From an uncultured Planctomycetota bacterium (GTDB taxonomy: Bacteria; Planctomycetota; Planctomycetia; Isosphaerales; Isosphaeraceae), in NCBI GenBank assembly GCA_963845755.1, contig CAWJTV010000036.1, positions 224,001 to 288,000 of the forward strand: a stretch of 64,000 nt of DNA. The letters are read 5' to 3'. Below are positions 1 to 11,585 of the stretch, piece after piece. Each line of letters starts with the position of its first letter. Positions within the stretch are counted from its first letter, which is position 1. The notes beneath the pieces were generated by a model that was given only the letters and a program-made list of their open reading frames with translations, was not told the origin of the DNA and did not search any database. Position numbers and translations under genes: made by a program.

Positions 1-429
1 GCAGCCGCGACGGACAGACTGTTGATGAGAAATCGCTACTTGATTGGGTTCAAAAGGCTCGCTCACTTGCCAAAGTGCGGGGCCTGCTCGAAATCTGTGA
101 TTCGCGGATCGGCGAGGTGCTCGCTTATGCTCCGGCGGAAGCCGACGGTTCCTGGCCCTGCATCCCCGTGAGAGACGTACTGGAGGAGATCGGCGCGGAA
201 TCGGAAGAGATTCTCAAAGGCTTCCATGACGGAATCTACGTCAAGAGAGAAGTTTACGAGGAGGTACTGAGGGAAGGAGAAGCCCAGGAGCGCGAGCTTG
301 CGACAAAATATCGAGATTTCGCTGAGGCCAGTACCGATTGGCCAATCACAGCCAAGGCACTCCGCGATCGCGAAGGAATACGAGGAGGAGGCTCGTCGCG
401 AGGACGAGCGGGCTGACCTCGACGAATGA
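1..429 (+). CDS. C-terminal part of a large hypothetical protein (5'-truncated by window edge, frameshift near 365)
   Basis: Frame is open from the edge (DGQTVDEKSLLDWVQKARSL...IGEVLAYAP...WPCIPVRDVLEE...QERELATKY). A shifted frame continues IAKEYEEEARREDERADLDE* to TGA at 427-429. Confidence 0.6.
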
Positions 430-521
430 TCCTTCGCCCCATCTTCTCTGGCGGAATCGACTCAATCGTCTAACATGGATACAGGAGCGAAGTCGAGGGA
501 GCCGAGGCGAGACGATCGATC

Positions 522-2345
522 GTGAAGACAATCCGCCGCATTGGAGGCTGGCTGGCCCCGTATCGGGGGCGGATGATCCTGGCGATGGGGCTGACGGCGC
601 TGGCGTGCCTGTTCAACCTGCCGGTTCCGCTCCTCGTCCAGGGACTGGTCGACCGCGTGGTGACTCAGGGGCACTGGAGTGCCCTGCCGCTCTACGCCGC
701 GCTGCTCTTCGGCGTGTTCGCCGCGCAGGCGGCGCTGGCCTGGTCAACCAGCCTGGCCATCGGCAAGATCGGACAGGGCGTGGTTCGCGACCTGCGGCAT
801 TCGCTCTACGAGCGGCTCCAGCAGCTCGGGATGGATTACTTCGACAAGACCCCCAGTGGGGCGATCATCTCGCGCGTGATGGATGACGTCGGCGCGATCC
901 AGGTGTTCGTGACCAGCCAGACCTTCACGATCATCACCGACCTGGCTACGACTCTGGCGATCGCCGCACTCTTGCTGTCGTGGGACTGGCGGCTGGCGGT
1001 GGTGGTCTTTGTGGTCGTCCCGCTGTTCGCGCTCAACTTCCGCTATTTCCTGCGGAGGATCCGGGCCACGAATACGATCGTCCGGGAGAAGATGGACCTG
1101 ATCTTCGGCAACCTGAAGGCCAAGCTCGACGGGACCATGGTCATCAAGGCTTATGCGCACGAGCCGCAGGAGATCGCCGAGTTCGCGGCGCAACTGGATG
1201 ATGCCCACGGACCTCGGGTGCGGGAGGTCCAACTGGGGGCGGCCTTTTCCAATCTCAGCGGCCTGATCGGCGGGATCGGCACGGCGCTGGTGTTCGCGGC
1301 CGGTGCGTTGGAGGTGCTCGAGGGCCGGATGACGCCCGGCGGCGTGGTCGCGACGGCCGCCCTGGCGGGGATGATCTTCGGGCCCGTGGCGCGGCTGGCC
1401 GACCTGGCGTATGTCTTCGAGCAGACGGCCGCGAGCGTCGACCGGCTCGGCGAGATCCTCGACCTCGAGCCGGGCGTCGTCGAGCCGGCGCCGGAGGAGG
1501 TCCGGGCGCTGCCGGACCCGGGAGGGCGGGCGCGCGGGGCCGTCGAATTCGATCGGGTCGGCTTCGGTTATCTCGAGGGAGAGCCGGTCGTCTGGGACAT
1601 CCGGCTGAAGGTCGAGCCCGGGATGAAGATCGCCCTGGTGGGGCCGACCGGCTGCGGCAAGAGCACGCTGGTCAACCTGCTGATGCGGTTCTACGACCCG
1701 ACCTGGGGCGAAATTCGGCTGGACGACGTGCCAATCCGCACCATCCCGACCCGCACCCTCCGCCGTCAGATCGGCGTGGTCATGCAAGAACCCGTCGTGT
1801 TTCGATTGAGCCTGGCGGACAACATCCGGTATCGCGCGCGCGGCGCCAGCGACGCGGAGGTCGAGGCGGCGGCGAAGGCCGCGCGGGTGCACGAGTTCGC
1901 CATGGCCCTGCCCGAAGGCTATGCCACGATCGTCGGCGAGGGCGGACACAAGCTCAGTCAGGGCGAGCGGCAACGGCTGGCGATCGCCCGCGCCCTCTGC
2001 AAGGAGCCGGCCCTGGTGGTCCTCGACGAGGCGACCAGCTCGCTGGATACCCCCAGCGAGGCCCTGATCCAGGCTGCACTGGTGAACTTGCTTCGCGATC
2101 GCACCGCCTTCATCATCGCCCACCGGCTCTCGACGATCGTCGACGCCGACCGGATCATCGTGATGGACGGCGGCCTGATCGTCCAGATAGGGACCCACGC
2201 CCAGCTCATGGCCGACCGCGCGGGCCTCTATCGGCGGCTCTGCGCCCGCCAGTTCGGCGAGCCGGCCCCGTCGATTGCGGCTCGTCCGTCCCCGGCCGTG
2301 GCGGGGCGACCGCGATCCGTGGCCTCTGTTGAAGGAGCCGGTTGA
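522..2345 (+). CDS. ABC transporter, fused permease/ATPase (MsbA/Sav1866-like exporter)
   Basis: N-terminal TM helices, Walker A GPTGCGKS, signature LSQGERQR, Walker B VVLDEATSSLD, IAHRLST. Confidence 0.95.
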   Translation: MKTIRRIGGWLAPYRGRMILAMGLTALACLFNLPVPLLVQGLVDRVVTQGHWSALPLYAALLFGVFAAQAALAWSTSLAIGKIGQGVVRDLRHSLYERLQQLGMDYFDKTPSGAIISRVMDDVGAIQVFVTSQTFTIITDLATTLAIAALLLSWDWRLAVVVFVVVPLFALNFRYFLRRIRATNTIVREKMDLIFGNLKAKLDGTMVIKAYAHEPQEIAEFAAQLDDAHGPRVREVQLGAAFSNLSGLIGGIGTALVFAAGALEVLEGRMTPGGVVATAALAGMIFGPVARLADLAYVFEQTAASVDRLGEILDLEPGVVEPAPEEVRALPDPGGRARGAVEFDRVGFGYLEGEPVVWDIRLKVEPGMKIALVGPTGCGKSTLVNLLMRFYDPTWGEIRLDDVPIRTIPTRTLRRQIGVVMQEPVVFRLSLADNIRYRARGASDAEVEAAAKAARVHEFAMALPEGYATIVGEGGHKLSQGERQRLAIARALCKEPALVVLDEATSSLDTPSEALIQAALVNLLRDRTAFIIAHRLSTIVDADRIIVMDGGLIVQIGTHAQLMADRAGLYRRLCARQFGEPAPSIAARPSPAVAGRPRSVASVEGAG

Positions 2346-2507
2346 GTTTCCCCTCATAAAATCCCAGGACCAATATTCCGGCACTGTCGCCGATAAACTT
2401 ATGGGGAGAAGAGAACCAACGCCGTCGTCGCCGCGTATATTTGAGGGAGGCGCCTCGCTCCGAGTCGAGTGCCGCGCCGTGATTGCGGTGGCCGAATCGA
2501 AGTGCGA

Positions 2508-3721
2508 ATGCGGAAGGAGCGATCCTTCATGCCGGGCGCGATTACCGTCGGAGACTGGATCGGCAATCGGTTCCAGGTCTTCGACATCCACGAAGGGGGC
2601 ATGAGCCTGGTCTACGTGGTCAACGACCACCTGGGCGAGCCCGGCCGTAAAGTGGTTGCTCTCAAAACTCTGCGCAGTGAACTCCTGCGCAACTCCATCC
2701 GGATTCGCCGGTTCGCCGCCGAGTGCCGGCTCTGGGCCCAACTTGGCGATCATCCGAACATCGTCCGGGCGTACTCGGTCGAGATCATCGACGAGCGGCC
2801 GTACGTGTTGCTCGAGCTGATTCAGGGCGGCGACCTGTATCGATGGATCGGCACGCCTCGGCTGGACCTGCCGCGGATCCTACGGTTTGGCCAGCAGTTC
2901 TGCGTGGGGATGGAGCATGCGCTGCGCCAGGGGCTGCACTGCCACCGCGACATCAAGCCGGGCAACCTGCTGGTAACCGAGGAGGGAATCCTCAAGATCA
3001 CCGACTTCGGGCTGGCGCGGGTCTGCGAAGAAATGGTGGCCGTGCGTCCCGAGCTGCCCGATGGCTCGATTCCCCTCTCCGAACCCACCACCCGCCACAC
3101 CATTACCTGGACCGATCCCCGGGACTGCGACTCACCGGGCCCCCTCGGGTCCGAGCGGAACCGGCTCGCGTCGAGTGCCGGCGGATTTCGGCGCGACGGC
3201 GATCGCGCCTCGGGTCCGGTCCGGGCTGGTGCGGCGATGGCCGCGAGGACCGCCGGGCGCCGCGCGTGTCGTCGCCGGATCCCGTCAGACGGCTGACGCC
3301 GACCACGGTCGATAAGGAGACCAGCGAGTACGTCTCGCCGCTGGAAACCTTCGACCCGCGACTGACGCGGACCGGCGCGCGGCTGGGCACGGGGGCTTAC
3401 ATGGCCCCGGAGCAGTCCCGCGATCCCAAGTCCGTCGATGTCCGCGCCGACCTCTACGCCTTTGGGATCGTTCTCTATGAGATGATCACCGGCGAGCTCC
3501 CCTTCAAGGGACGGTCGGCGGAAGCCCTCGCCCACCAGCATTCGTTGCACAAGCCACAGTCAGTAGTTCCGTCGATCGCCGGCCGTTACACCAAGCTCGC
3601 CAAGCCCGTCAACGGGATCGTCCAGCGCTGCCTCCAGAAAGAACCCGGCGACCGGTTCCGCTCGGTCGCCGAGCTGCGCATGGCCTTGAGGCAAGTTAGC
3701 GCCCAGCTCCCGCGGCGCTGA
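2508..3721 (+). CDS. Hanks-type Ser/Thr protein kinase (frameshifted between 2469..3296 and 2723..3721)
   Basis: VALK, HPNIV, HRDIKPGN and DFG in the first frame; GTGAYMAPE, DLYAFG and CLQKEPGDRF in the second. Confidence 0.9.
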
Positions 3722-3792
3722 ATGGAAGGGCATCAGGCAAAGGATGAAGGCCGAGTAAGACCAGATTGATTCCTCCTTCATCCTTCCAATCA

Positions 3793-3961
3793 CTAGCCGT
3801 CGGTCGGGTTTCCTTGCACGTGAACATGGGGCTGGTTGTCGTAGACCGATGGCGGAAACTCGGCGTAGGTCTCGGTCATGGTATGGATGCAGCCCGACGA
3901 GCCCAGCGCGGCGGAGACCGAGCAGCGCCAGGGCCACGGCGCGAGCGATTCTCGTCATCAT
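3793..3961 (-). CDS. Small putative lipoprotein (frameshifted)
   Basis: MMTRIARAVALALL, then shifted frame SAALGSSGCIHTMTETYAEFPPSVYDNQPHVHVQGNPTDG*, giving a signal peptide with lipobox-like SSGC. Confidence 0.45.
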
Positions 3962-4099
3962 CCACGTCCTTTCCAGCCGGAATGTGAGTGCGCCGTTCGG
4001 GAACCGTGCGGATCCATCCGTCACGGCGTTCCAGCGGGGGGCACCGCCGGTGGCGTCGTGGGCATCGCCCGCTCGCTTTCGGGAGGTTGGATCGCCTCG

Positions 4100-4354
4100 T
4101 TACTGGGTGCTGGCACGTTGGAAGACGGCGGGGTCACCATCCGCGTGGACGAGGGCGCGACTCTGCGCCGGCGGTCCGGTATAGCTCCCCGGCATCATCG
4201 AACCATTCGGCCCGTACGCCGGCGTGGGGAAGTCGTCACACTCGGAGCAGTGGAAGAGCGACCAGTGTGCGTAGTCGCCCACGTGGATGTTGGCGCAGCC
4301 CACCAGTCCCGCGGCCAGCGTCACGGCCAACAGCGCATTGCGGAGCCTGACCAT
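4100..4354 (-). CDS. Small putative lipoprotein (3' end uncertain)
   Basis: MVRLRNALLAVTLAAGLVGC lipobox, SD-like GGAAAGGAA upstream, CSEC motif. Confidence 0.55.
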   Translation of the reverse strand: MVRLRNALLAVTLAAGLVGCANIHVGDYAHWSLFHCSECDDFPTPAYGPNGSMMPGSYTGPPAQSRALVHADGDPAVFQRASTQ

Positions 4355-4798
4355 GCCGAATTCCTTTCCCTTCCGTGTCGGTTCCGAAGGCGATGTCCCG
4401 CGGCCGCCCATACCATCCTAATCCACGGCCATCGTGCAGCGCCATCTACTTGGAGTGGGAACGCCCGTCAAATTGCCTACGTCCTCTCCGGCCCCGGCGA
4501 CGCGCAATCCCGACGCCGGAGCTGACTTCGATTGATGCTGTGGTATATCGGCTGTCCCCGTCTTCGACAATCAGCCGAAATCGCCGACCACCCGGTGCCG
4601 GGCCGCACCACCCGTCATGAAATCGAAATGCGAGGGGTCGGCTATTCTTCCCAGGCCGCTCATTTCCCCACCCCGCGTTTCGCTTTGGACCGTGGGAGCC
4701 GGATCTTCAGGAAAAATGGAAAAACGGGGATTGGACAGGGACTCCGGCGCATAGGTAAGTTTAGCGGTTGAAGCGGAGGGGACCCCGAGTCATGGCGA

Positions 4799-6472
4799 AT
4801 GGATATGCGAGCGCAGGCGTTTCAGCAAGTGGCGCGGGTGTTCCAGGAAGGGACACTGGCAGGGATGCCGGATGGGGAGGTCCTGGGTCACTTCGTCGAG
4901 CATCGTGACGAGGCGGCGTTCGAGCTCCTGTTGCGGCGTCACGGGCCGATGGTCCGGAACGTCTGCCGCCAGACGGTGTTCGATCCGCATGAGGCCGAGG
5001 ACGCGTTCCAGGCGACCTTCCTGGCGCTGGTTTGCAAGGCCAGCTCGCTCCGGGTCGAGGATTCGCTGGGCCCTTGGCTGTACCGGGTGGCGAGCCGGGT
5101 CTCGGCCCGTGCCCGCGCGAACGGGCGGCGGCGGAGTGAGCGAGAAGTCTCGAGCGCGCGTCGCTCCCCGAGCCGACGTACCGTGAGGACCCGGACCGCG
5201 GGGAGATTCCCCGCGTCGTCCATGAAGAGCTTGGCCGCCTGCCCGAACGGCTCCGCGCACCGCTGGTGTTGTGCTACCTCGAAGGGATGACTCACGAGCT
5301 GGCCGCCCGCCAACTGCGCTGTCCCGTCGGGACGGTGCGGAGCCGGCTGGCCCGCGCTCGGGCCCTGCTTCAAGAGCGGATCGCTCGTCGCGGGCTCTCG
5401 ACTTCGGCCGCAACGCTCGCCGCCTCGCTGGAATCGACTTCCCGGGCGGCCGCGCCGCCGCCCCAGATCGCAAGGTCCTTGATCGCGGTCGCGACACAAC
5501 TCGCCCCCGGTTCCGCGTCGATTCGGAGCGGAATGGGTGTATCCGCGTCCGTCACCGTTCTCCTGGAAGGAGTCCTGAACGTGATGAGAGTCAAGAAGCT
5601 CGTAAGCCTTGCTGGGGTCGTCGTGGGCGTGGGAGCCCTGGCCACTGTGGTCGGCCTGTCGGCGTTCCGTGCGTCAGGACAGACCGGAGACCGCTTCGAC
5701 CCGCGCCGCCAGGCCGACGACGGGCGGCCCATCGGGCCGGATGGGAGGCCCATCGGGCCGCTGCGCGAGCCAACCGGCGCTCCGACGGTCGCCAATCATC
5801 GTCAGATCGTCAAGACCTATTACATCGGCGACCTCATCGCGGCGAAGCCATCGCCGAAGTTCGCCCCGACCCCAGTGAACGACGCTCCCCAGGGATCGGT
5901 ACCGCCACCCGGGGCGCAACTGAACCTGGATATGTCACCTGTCATCGACCTGATCACTTCAACGGTCGCTCGGGGGTCATGGGCGGTTCGGGACGGTCAG
6001 GGGAAGACGATTGCGCCCGACGAAGCCCGCGGCCCCCGAGGTAGGAAAGCCGTACAGTCTTTGCCCGACGGGTCGATCACTCCCTTCTACCTGAGCATCA
6101 GCCTGATCATCCGGCACACGCCCGAAGTCCACGATGAAGTCGCCGACCTGCTGCGGAAGCTTCGCCGGCTCGTCGAAGCCGTGGGCAATCCTGGAGTGAA
6201 CCTCGATCGGGAAGAGCAGAAGCTCGTCCCCGGAGAGATCGTCCCGGCACCGCAGTACGGCGTCCCCGGAGCGATGATCCCGGCACCGCAGTCCCAGTCC
6301 AACGACCCAAAGCCGGTTGCTGGCGACTCGAGCAATGCGAAGCCAGTCGCTCCCGCCTCCCAAGATCGAAGGCTGCTCGTCCTCCCGAGCGCCGATCAGA
6401 AAGCTGCGCATTCAGCAGCTCCTGGACGCTCTTAGACAGGAAGTCGAGGAACTCCCGAAAGATCACGATTGA
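4799..6472 (+). CDS. ECF sigma-70 factor with TM helix and C-terminal extension (frameshifted)
   Basis: DEAAFELLLRRHGPMV and EAEDAFQATFL (region 2); LCYLEGMTHELAARQLRCPVGTVRSRLARAR (region 4); hydrophobic segment; C-terminal TYYIGDL...SLIIRHTPEVHDEVADLL. Confidence 0.85.
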
Positions 6473-6546
6473 TCCCGGCTCGCCCGACGCCGGAGACTCG
6501 CGACCCTGGCCCGGCTGTTTTGCCGGGCGGCGCCCCACACCCGATT

Positions 6547-9500
6547 TCACTCACCCGACTGCCGCAAAACCTCGATCGCGTCATCCACCTGGCGACGGAA
6601 CCGGGTCCAGTCTTCGAGGGGGAATAGTGCGTCGTGGTCGCGCTGGCCGAGGTGGAACGCGGATAGGCGCCGATCGATCAGCGCGCGGGCGGGCTGGGCC
6701 GCCGGATTGCCGGGATTCCGGCCTGCCAGGCGCGCGAGCGTGAGCAGCCGTCGATAGTCATCCAGGCCCTCGCGCAGCCGTTCAATTCGACCGAGGGAAT
6801 CAGCCGGCCGTCCGGCGAGGCGTTGCACCAGGCGTAATCGTCTTCGCGGCAGTCGAGTGCGTAGTAAGGGTCCCCGGCCACGACGTTCCAGTGCCAGGAC
6901 AGCCGGTACTTCATGCCGAACTGTTTGGCGGCCTTGTACATGTAGGTGCCGAAAGTCCATCGGTTGCCGCCGTTGTAGAAAGACCAATCGCTGTCGGCTT
7001 GATGAAGGAGGTTGACGCCCGCCTCGTCGTGGTCGTTCCACTCGACCACGTGCAGAGCCTTCGAGAGACGGAAGTGAGGGTTCTGACGGTCGTTGCCGGT
7101 GAAGCTGCTGGCCGCCGTGAAAAAGGGCGGGCCTTTGGGAAACGCCTTGCGATACGCTTCGGCATTCTCCGACGATCGGACGACGTCCTCGCCGACCGGT
7201 TCGTCGCCGATGTTGAAATACACGGGAATCCATCCGCTCTGCCGGGCGTGAGTCTGGACCTCGGTGTAGATGGCCTTGAGGAATCCGGCGTAGTCCTGGA
7301 ACCCGGCGGCGGTCATCTGGCTCTTGTCCTGGTAATAGGCGTCGAGGCTGGAGACGCCGCCGCCATAGGTGACCACGGCCAGGAATCCCAGGTCCTTGGC
7401 CTGCTTCATCTGGGCGTCGGCGGTCCGGAAATCGAGGACGGGCTTGCCGCCCTGGAAGCCTCGGTACGCGATCATCGGCACGCCGCTGAATGACGTGAAG
7501 CCATACTCGCGCAGCTTCCGGAGGCTGTTCGTCGTCATCTGCTTGTTGAAACTCACGGCCTGGGGATCGTCGTCGTACCAGGGGATGCCGATCCGGTGGC
7601 CGAAGGGGCCGGCGGGGATGTCCACCGGGTCCAGGGTCCCGGATCGGACCCGGAATTCGAGCGGAACGTCGGCCTTGTGTGCCTTTTCCGGATGGATCGT
7701 GACCGTCCCCTTGTAGAGGCCCGGCCGGGCATCGGCGGGCGTCCGGATCGTCAGCCAGAACCGTCGCGTCAGGCCAATGGGCACGTCCGCGGATCCGCCC
7801 GGCATGATCAGCCGGGGGCTGATCGTGTAGACCGTCCCTTCCATCGTGAGCCGGCTGAGCCGATTCGAGACGAAACCCACATCGATCGCACGCGACGGGA
7901 TCGTACCCCCCTGCCCTATCAGGTCTGAGCAACTCACCGTCACATTGCCCAGGTTGCGCAACGGAACCACGCCCACCGTGACCGGCTCGTACTCGCCCGC
8001 GAACGCCTCTCCGCGGAGCATCCGAACTTTCTCGGCCTCGTAGGGCGTGTCGTTCGGGAAGATGTCTCGCATGAAGTCGGACTGGAAGAGCACATATCCC
8101 ACTCGATAATTGTCGATGGACCACGGGAGAGGATCGCCGGTGGGGCGATGCAGGATCCGCTTGAAGTAGTTGTCGAAGTAGAACCGGCGTTTGGCCAGCA
8201 CGTAGTCGAGGAATGCTTCGCCGCGAGCGGCCTCGGCCACGGGGTAGATCACGACCGCGGAGACGCAGCAGGCCCAGTTCTCCCCCTGGAATTCGAGGTT
8301 CAACTGGCCTTCTTTGACCTCCACATCAAAACGCTTCTCGGCGAAGTTGGTTCGCTGATACTTGTCGAACGTGACGTCGCCGGGTCGATCTTCGACATTC
8401 CAGAAGCGGAAATACTTCGCACGGAAGCGCCGCGAAATCCATGGTCTCGCTCACGACCGGCCGGCCCTCGGCGAGGACAGCCCGCTTCCGATAAATCTGG
8501 TACTCGCCCCAGAATCCGGAAGGGCTGTCGATGTTGACGAACACCCGATACTTGCCGTTGGGGACGTCAACCGCCAGGCCGCCGCCTTCGATGCAGACGA
8601 AGTCCTGGTAAAGCGGGTCGGGCTGGAGTGCGTCGAAGGCCCGCCAGATCCGCGCATCCTTCAACCCATATCCGCGGCCCCGGTCGTAGAGCGTGGCCGG
8701 CGTGATCGGGGTGAAGCCTTCCAACACCGGGCTGGAGGTCGTGCCGAAATCGAAGGCATGCAGTCCGGCGAACCGCACCCGCGCGGCCGAGTCGTCGCGC
8801 TCCAGGCGGATGTTGTCCAGGATGAGGGATCCGGCGGGTGTGTCACCGATGCTGAAGACCAGCCGGGTAATCTGGCCCAGCATGAGCATCCGGCCCGGCC
8901 GCGCCTTCTCGCCCACATAGAGCTGCTTCACGGGTACGATCAAGGTGCTCCGGCCGGGTGGTACGACCGTCACGTAGTTGACCCGGGTCCAGTAGTCTCG
9001 GGTGCCGGTATCCCGGATCTCCACGTTGAGGTCCATCGGGAGTGTGGCCTTGGAGTCGATATCGGCCTTGAGGAGGTCGTAGCCGAGCCAGTCCTGGGGC
9101 TGGTCCATGCTCGCGTACGACCGGTCGATCCGCAGCGCCTTGCGCCTTCCGGTGCGCCCGAGGCGACGACGACGCCCCCGGAAAAGGGGTTCACGCCCTC
9201 GAACGTGGCGATCGGCTTGACCGCTGGGACCGGGCTCGAGGTGGCCGCCGCGGTCTCGAGCGGGTGCCGCAGGCGTAGCACGACTCCCACGCGCCGTTAC
9301 GGTAGCCGCAGTCCGGGCACTTGACAGCCTCCGCCGGGATCTCACCCGGCGGCGCGATCGGGGATTCCTCCGCGCCGAGGACCGGCTTCTCGGTCAGGGG
9401 GATGTCCGGCCCGACCTTCTCCAGTGACACATCGTCGATCCAGTAATAACCCGATCTCATCAATCCGAAGGACGGACCGGCTTGCTTCCTCTCCTTGACC

Positions 9501-9928
9501 TCGCCGACATACGTGAGCTTGGTCCAGCCGAAGGTCCCCGACTTGTGGAGCGAGATGTAGTTCCCATCGAACATGAACTCGGTGCTCATGCCAGAGGTGC
9601 CAGTACCAATATCCAGCCCGCGCAGAGAGGCGGTGACGCGGTATCGGCCTGGTTCGAGCGCCACGTTCTGAACAACACGGATCTTGGGAGCCGATCCACC
9701 GAAGAGCAGGCACGAGTGCTTTCCGGAGTGAGCGACCAGGCCGACCCGGAAATCACAATCGCCCTCGTACTTCCAACCGCCCCACCTGGCGAGGACCAGG
9801 CCGAACTGGTCCTTGTCCTTGGTGACTTCGAACGAGGGGTCTTCGAGGAGATTGCCGGACGCTTGCCCGTGGGCCAGGCCGGGAAAGGCCACCAGTGCCA
9901 TCGCGAATAACGCCTTACAGATCGACAT
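6547..9928 (-). CDS. Large secreted carbohydrate-binding / glycoside-hydrolase-like protein (about 1100 aa, several frameshifts)
   Basis: Signal peptide, GNLLEDPSFE CBM-like start, AFDFG...GFTPITPATLYDRGRGYG domain, NIGDEP and GLDDY-type C-terminus. Joins ORFs 9191-9976, 8326-9345, 6678-8324 and the tail of 6547-8124. Confidence 0.65.
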
Positions 9929-10138
9929 GTCGCATCGCTTCACCTTAAAAAGCCATACGATCGGCCGCCCGGCCATCCCCGGCAGGGGTTTTGGACCATA
10001 TTATCGGGTTTCAGCGAGGAAAAACACGGCCTAACATCCTGGGACTCGGGGCCGGATTCGGCGTAGGCCAGCACTTCCTAAGTGTCAAACCATCGACTAT
10101 ACTTCATCGAGTCAGGGCTCGTGCAACGGAGCGAAACG

Positions 10139-10945
10139 ATGTCAGCATCTACGGCCTTTTCGCTGTTCTCTCGAAGCCTTTCCGTCAGGTTTATACAGGG
10201 GTACAGGTACTTGGACCGTTGTGGAGAGTGCTTGATCCGCCTGGAAGGAGCGCTCGACACAGACTGGATCCCTACGGAGACTTCTCCAACCAGCGGATCC
10301 ATGAAGAATCAGACCCTGGGGATGGCTTTGAGTTTCAACTCGGAAGGGTTCACAGTAAAGCAATCAGATTTCTTAGAATTCAATATATTCTTGGATCAAT
10401 CATGTAAAATTCATGATATTTTGTGGAGAACACTTGATGTTAATAAAATTAACACGCCATCGGTAACAAGTCAGTATCAGTTGGGATTCGACGAGGAGAA
10501 GGCTGATGCGGCGGAGGAGTATTTGCTTTCGATGAAGCTCTGCCAAGCCGAGGAAGGACTGGTGCAAGCCATGGGGGGGAAGCAACACGCGATTCAGTTC
10601 GTCGTCGTGACACAGGTTGGTTCCACGGCACAAGACACCTCTGTTGAAAGGCGGCGGCGTTTCCAAGCGGGCGTTGTCAGACAAGAAAGACAGCCGAGTT
10701 TCAATGCGCGACTGCTTCAACGAGCAAGAACCCTTAGTTCGAAGCAACGCGATGCCCTCGTCGCACTCATGAGAATGAAGCGGCAGCATCCGGAGATCAA
10801 ACCATTCGCCGTCCAGTTCGACCTCGAGGACAGTTTGGACACGGAACTCCTCACTCGGGAGTTCAATGCGCTAGATTTCATTAAAGAAGCACGTGATTGG
10901 TCCGACAATCTGCTGAACACCATCGTTAAGTTGCGGAAAGGCTGA
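10139..10945 (+). CDS. Hypothetical protein, possibly TIGR04255-like
   Basis: Low-GC ORF of about 268 aa with alpha/beta pattern (SVRFIQGYRYLDRCGE...QFDLE). Family assignment tentative. Confidence 0.6.
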   Translation: MSASTAFSLFSRSLSVRFIQGYRYLDRCGECLIRLEGALDTDWIPTETSPTSGSMKNQTLGMALSFNSEGFTVKQSDFLEFNIFLDQSCKIHDILWRTLDVNKINTPSVTSQYQLGFDEEKADAAEEYLLSMKLCQAEEGLVQAMGGKQHAIQFVVVTQVGSTAQDTSVERRRRFQAGVVRQERQPSFNARLLQRARTLSSKQRDALVALMRMKRQHPEIKPFAVQFDLEDSLDTELLTREFNALDFIKEARDWSDNLLNTIVKLRKG

Positions 10946-10949
10946 GAAT

Positions 10950-11585
10950 CATGGTCCGAGAGTCGGGGACTATCATCTCCGTTGCAAGCGTGGATGCGAG
11001 CAGTGGCGCGACTCAGCGAGAGCGGATCCGCTCTCAAGTCCCGGCCGAGAGAGTCTTCCAGGGAGAGGATCCGATCGACATCGGAGTCCGCCAGTTTTGA
11101 CCTACTCGCCCGCCTTCGGCCGGAGGCGACGCCTGCCGGCAGTTCAAAGGAATCCAGGAAACGGCCTGTCAGTCAGGCCAATTATCAAGCGTTCCGAAGA
11201 CTCTGCGATCGGTTGGTGGTCGAGCTCGAGCGGGCCGATGACTATCTGATCGATGATCGATTGAGCGAGGAAGGCGTGGGCATGATTCTTGAAGTTCAGC
11301 AGATCCTCGATGAACTCTATCGGGTACCCTGGGGGAGCTCGCGAGTGTCTCAAGCGTGTGATTGTTGCCATTAGATCGCAGATCAATAACATCCAATGGA
11401 CGACGGACCATGTCAGCTTCATGCAGGACATCGCCCGACTTCTCCGGAACACCTATCAGATCGACGAATCCTTCATCGAGGAATGCTATAAAATGATAAG
11501 CGGCTATGGTCTCGAAGTGTTCCGTGGTACTATCACCGAGACGGAGGTTCGCAAGAGATATCGGATCGTGGAGGTTGAATCGTGA
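10950..11585 (+). CDS. Hypothetical helical protein (frameshifted)
   Basis: ATG 4 nt after the preceding stop. Segments ANYQAFRRLCDRLVVELE and CLKRVIVAIRSQ...YRIVEVES* lie in adjacent frames. Stop overlaps the next GTG (GTGA). Confidence 0.55.

Noticed and set aside
744..2753. Long antisense ORFs (also 51839-53323, 56705-58714, 30436-32136, 16569-18209)
   Set aside because: Shadows of real genes on the opposite strand, expected in high-GC DNA; no motifs.
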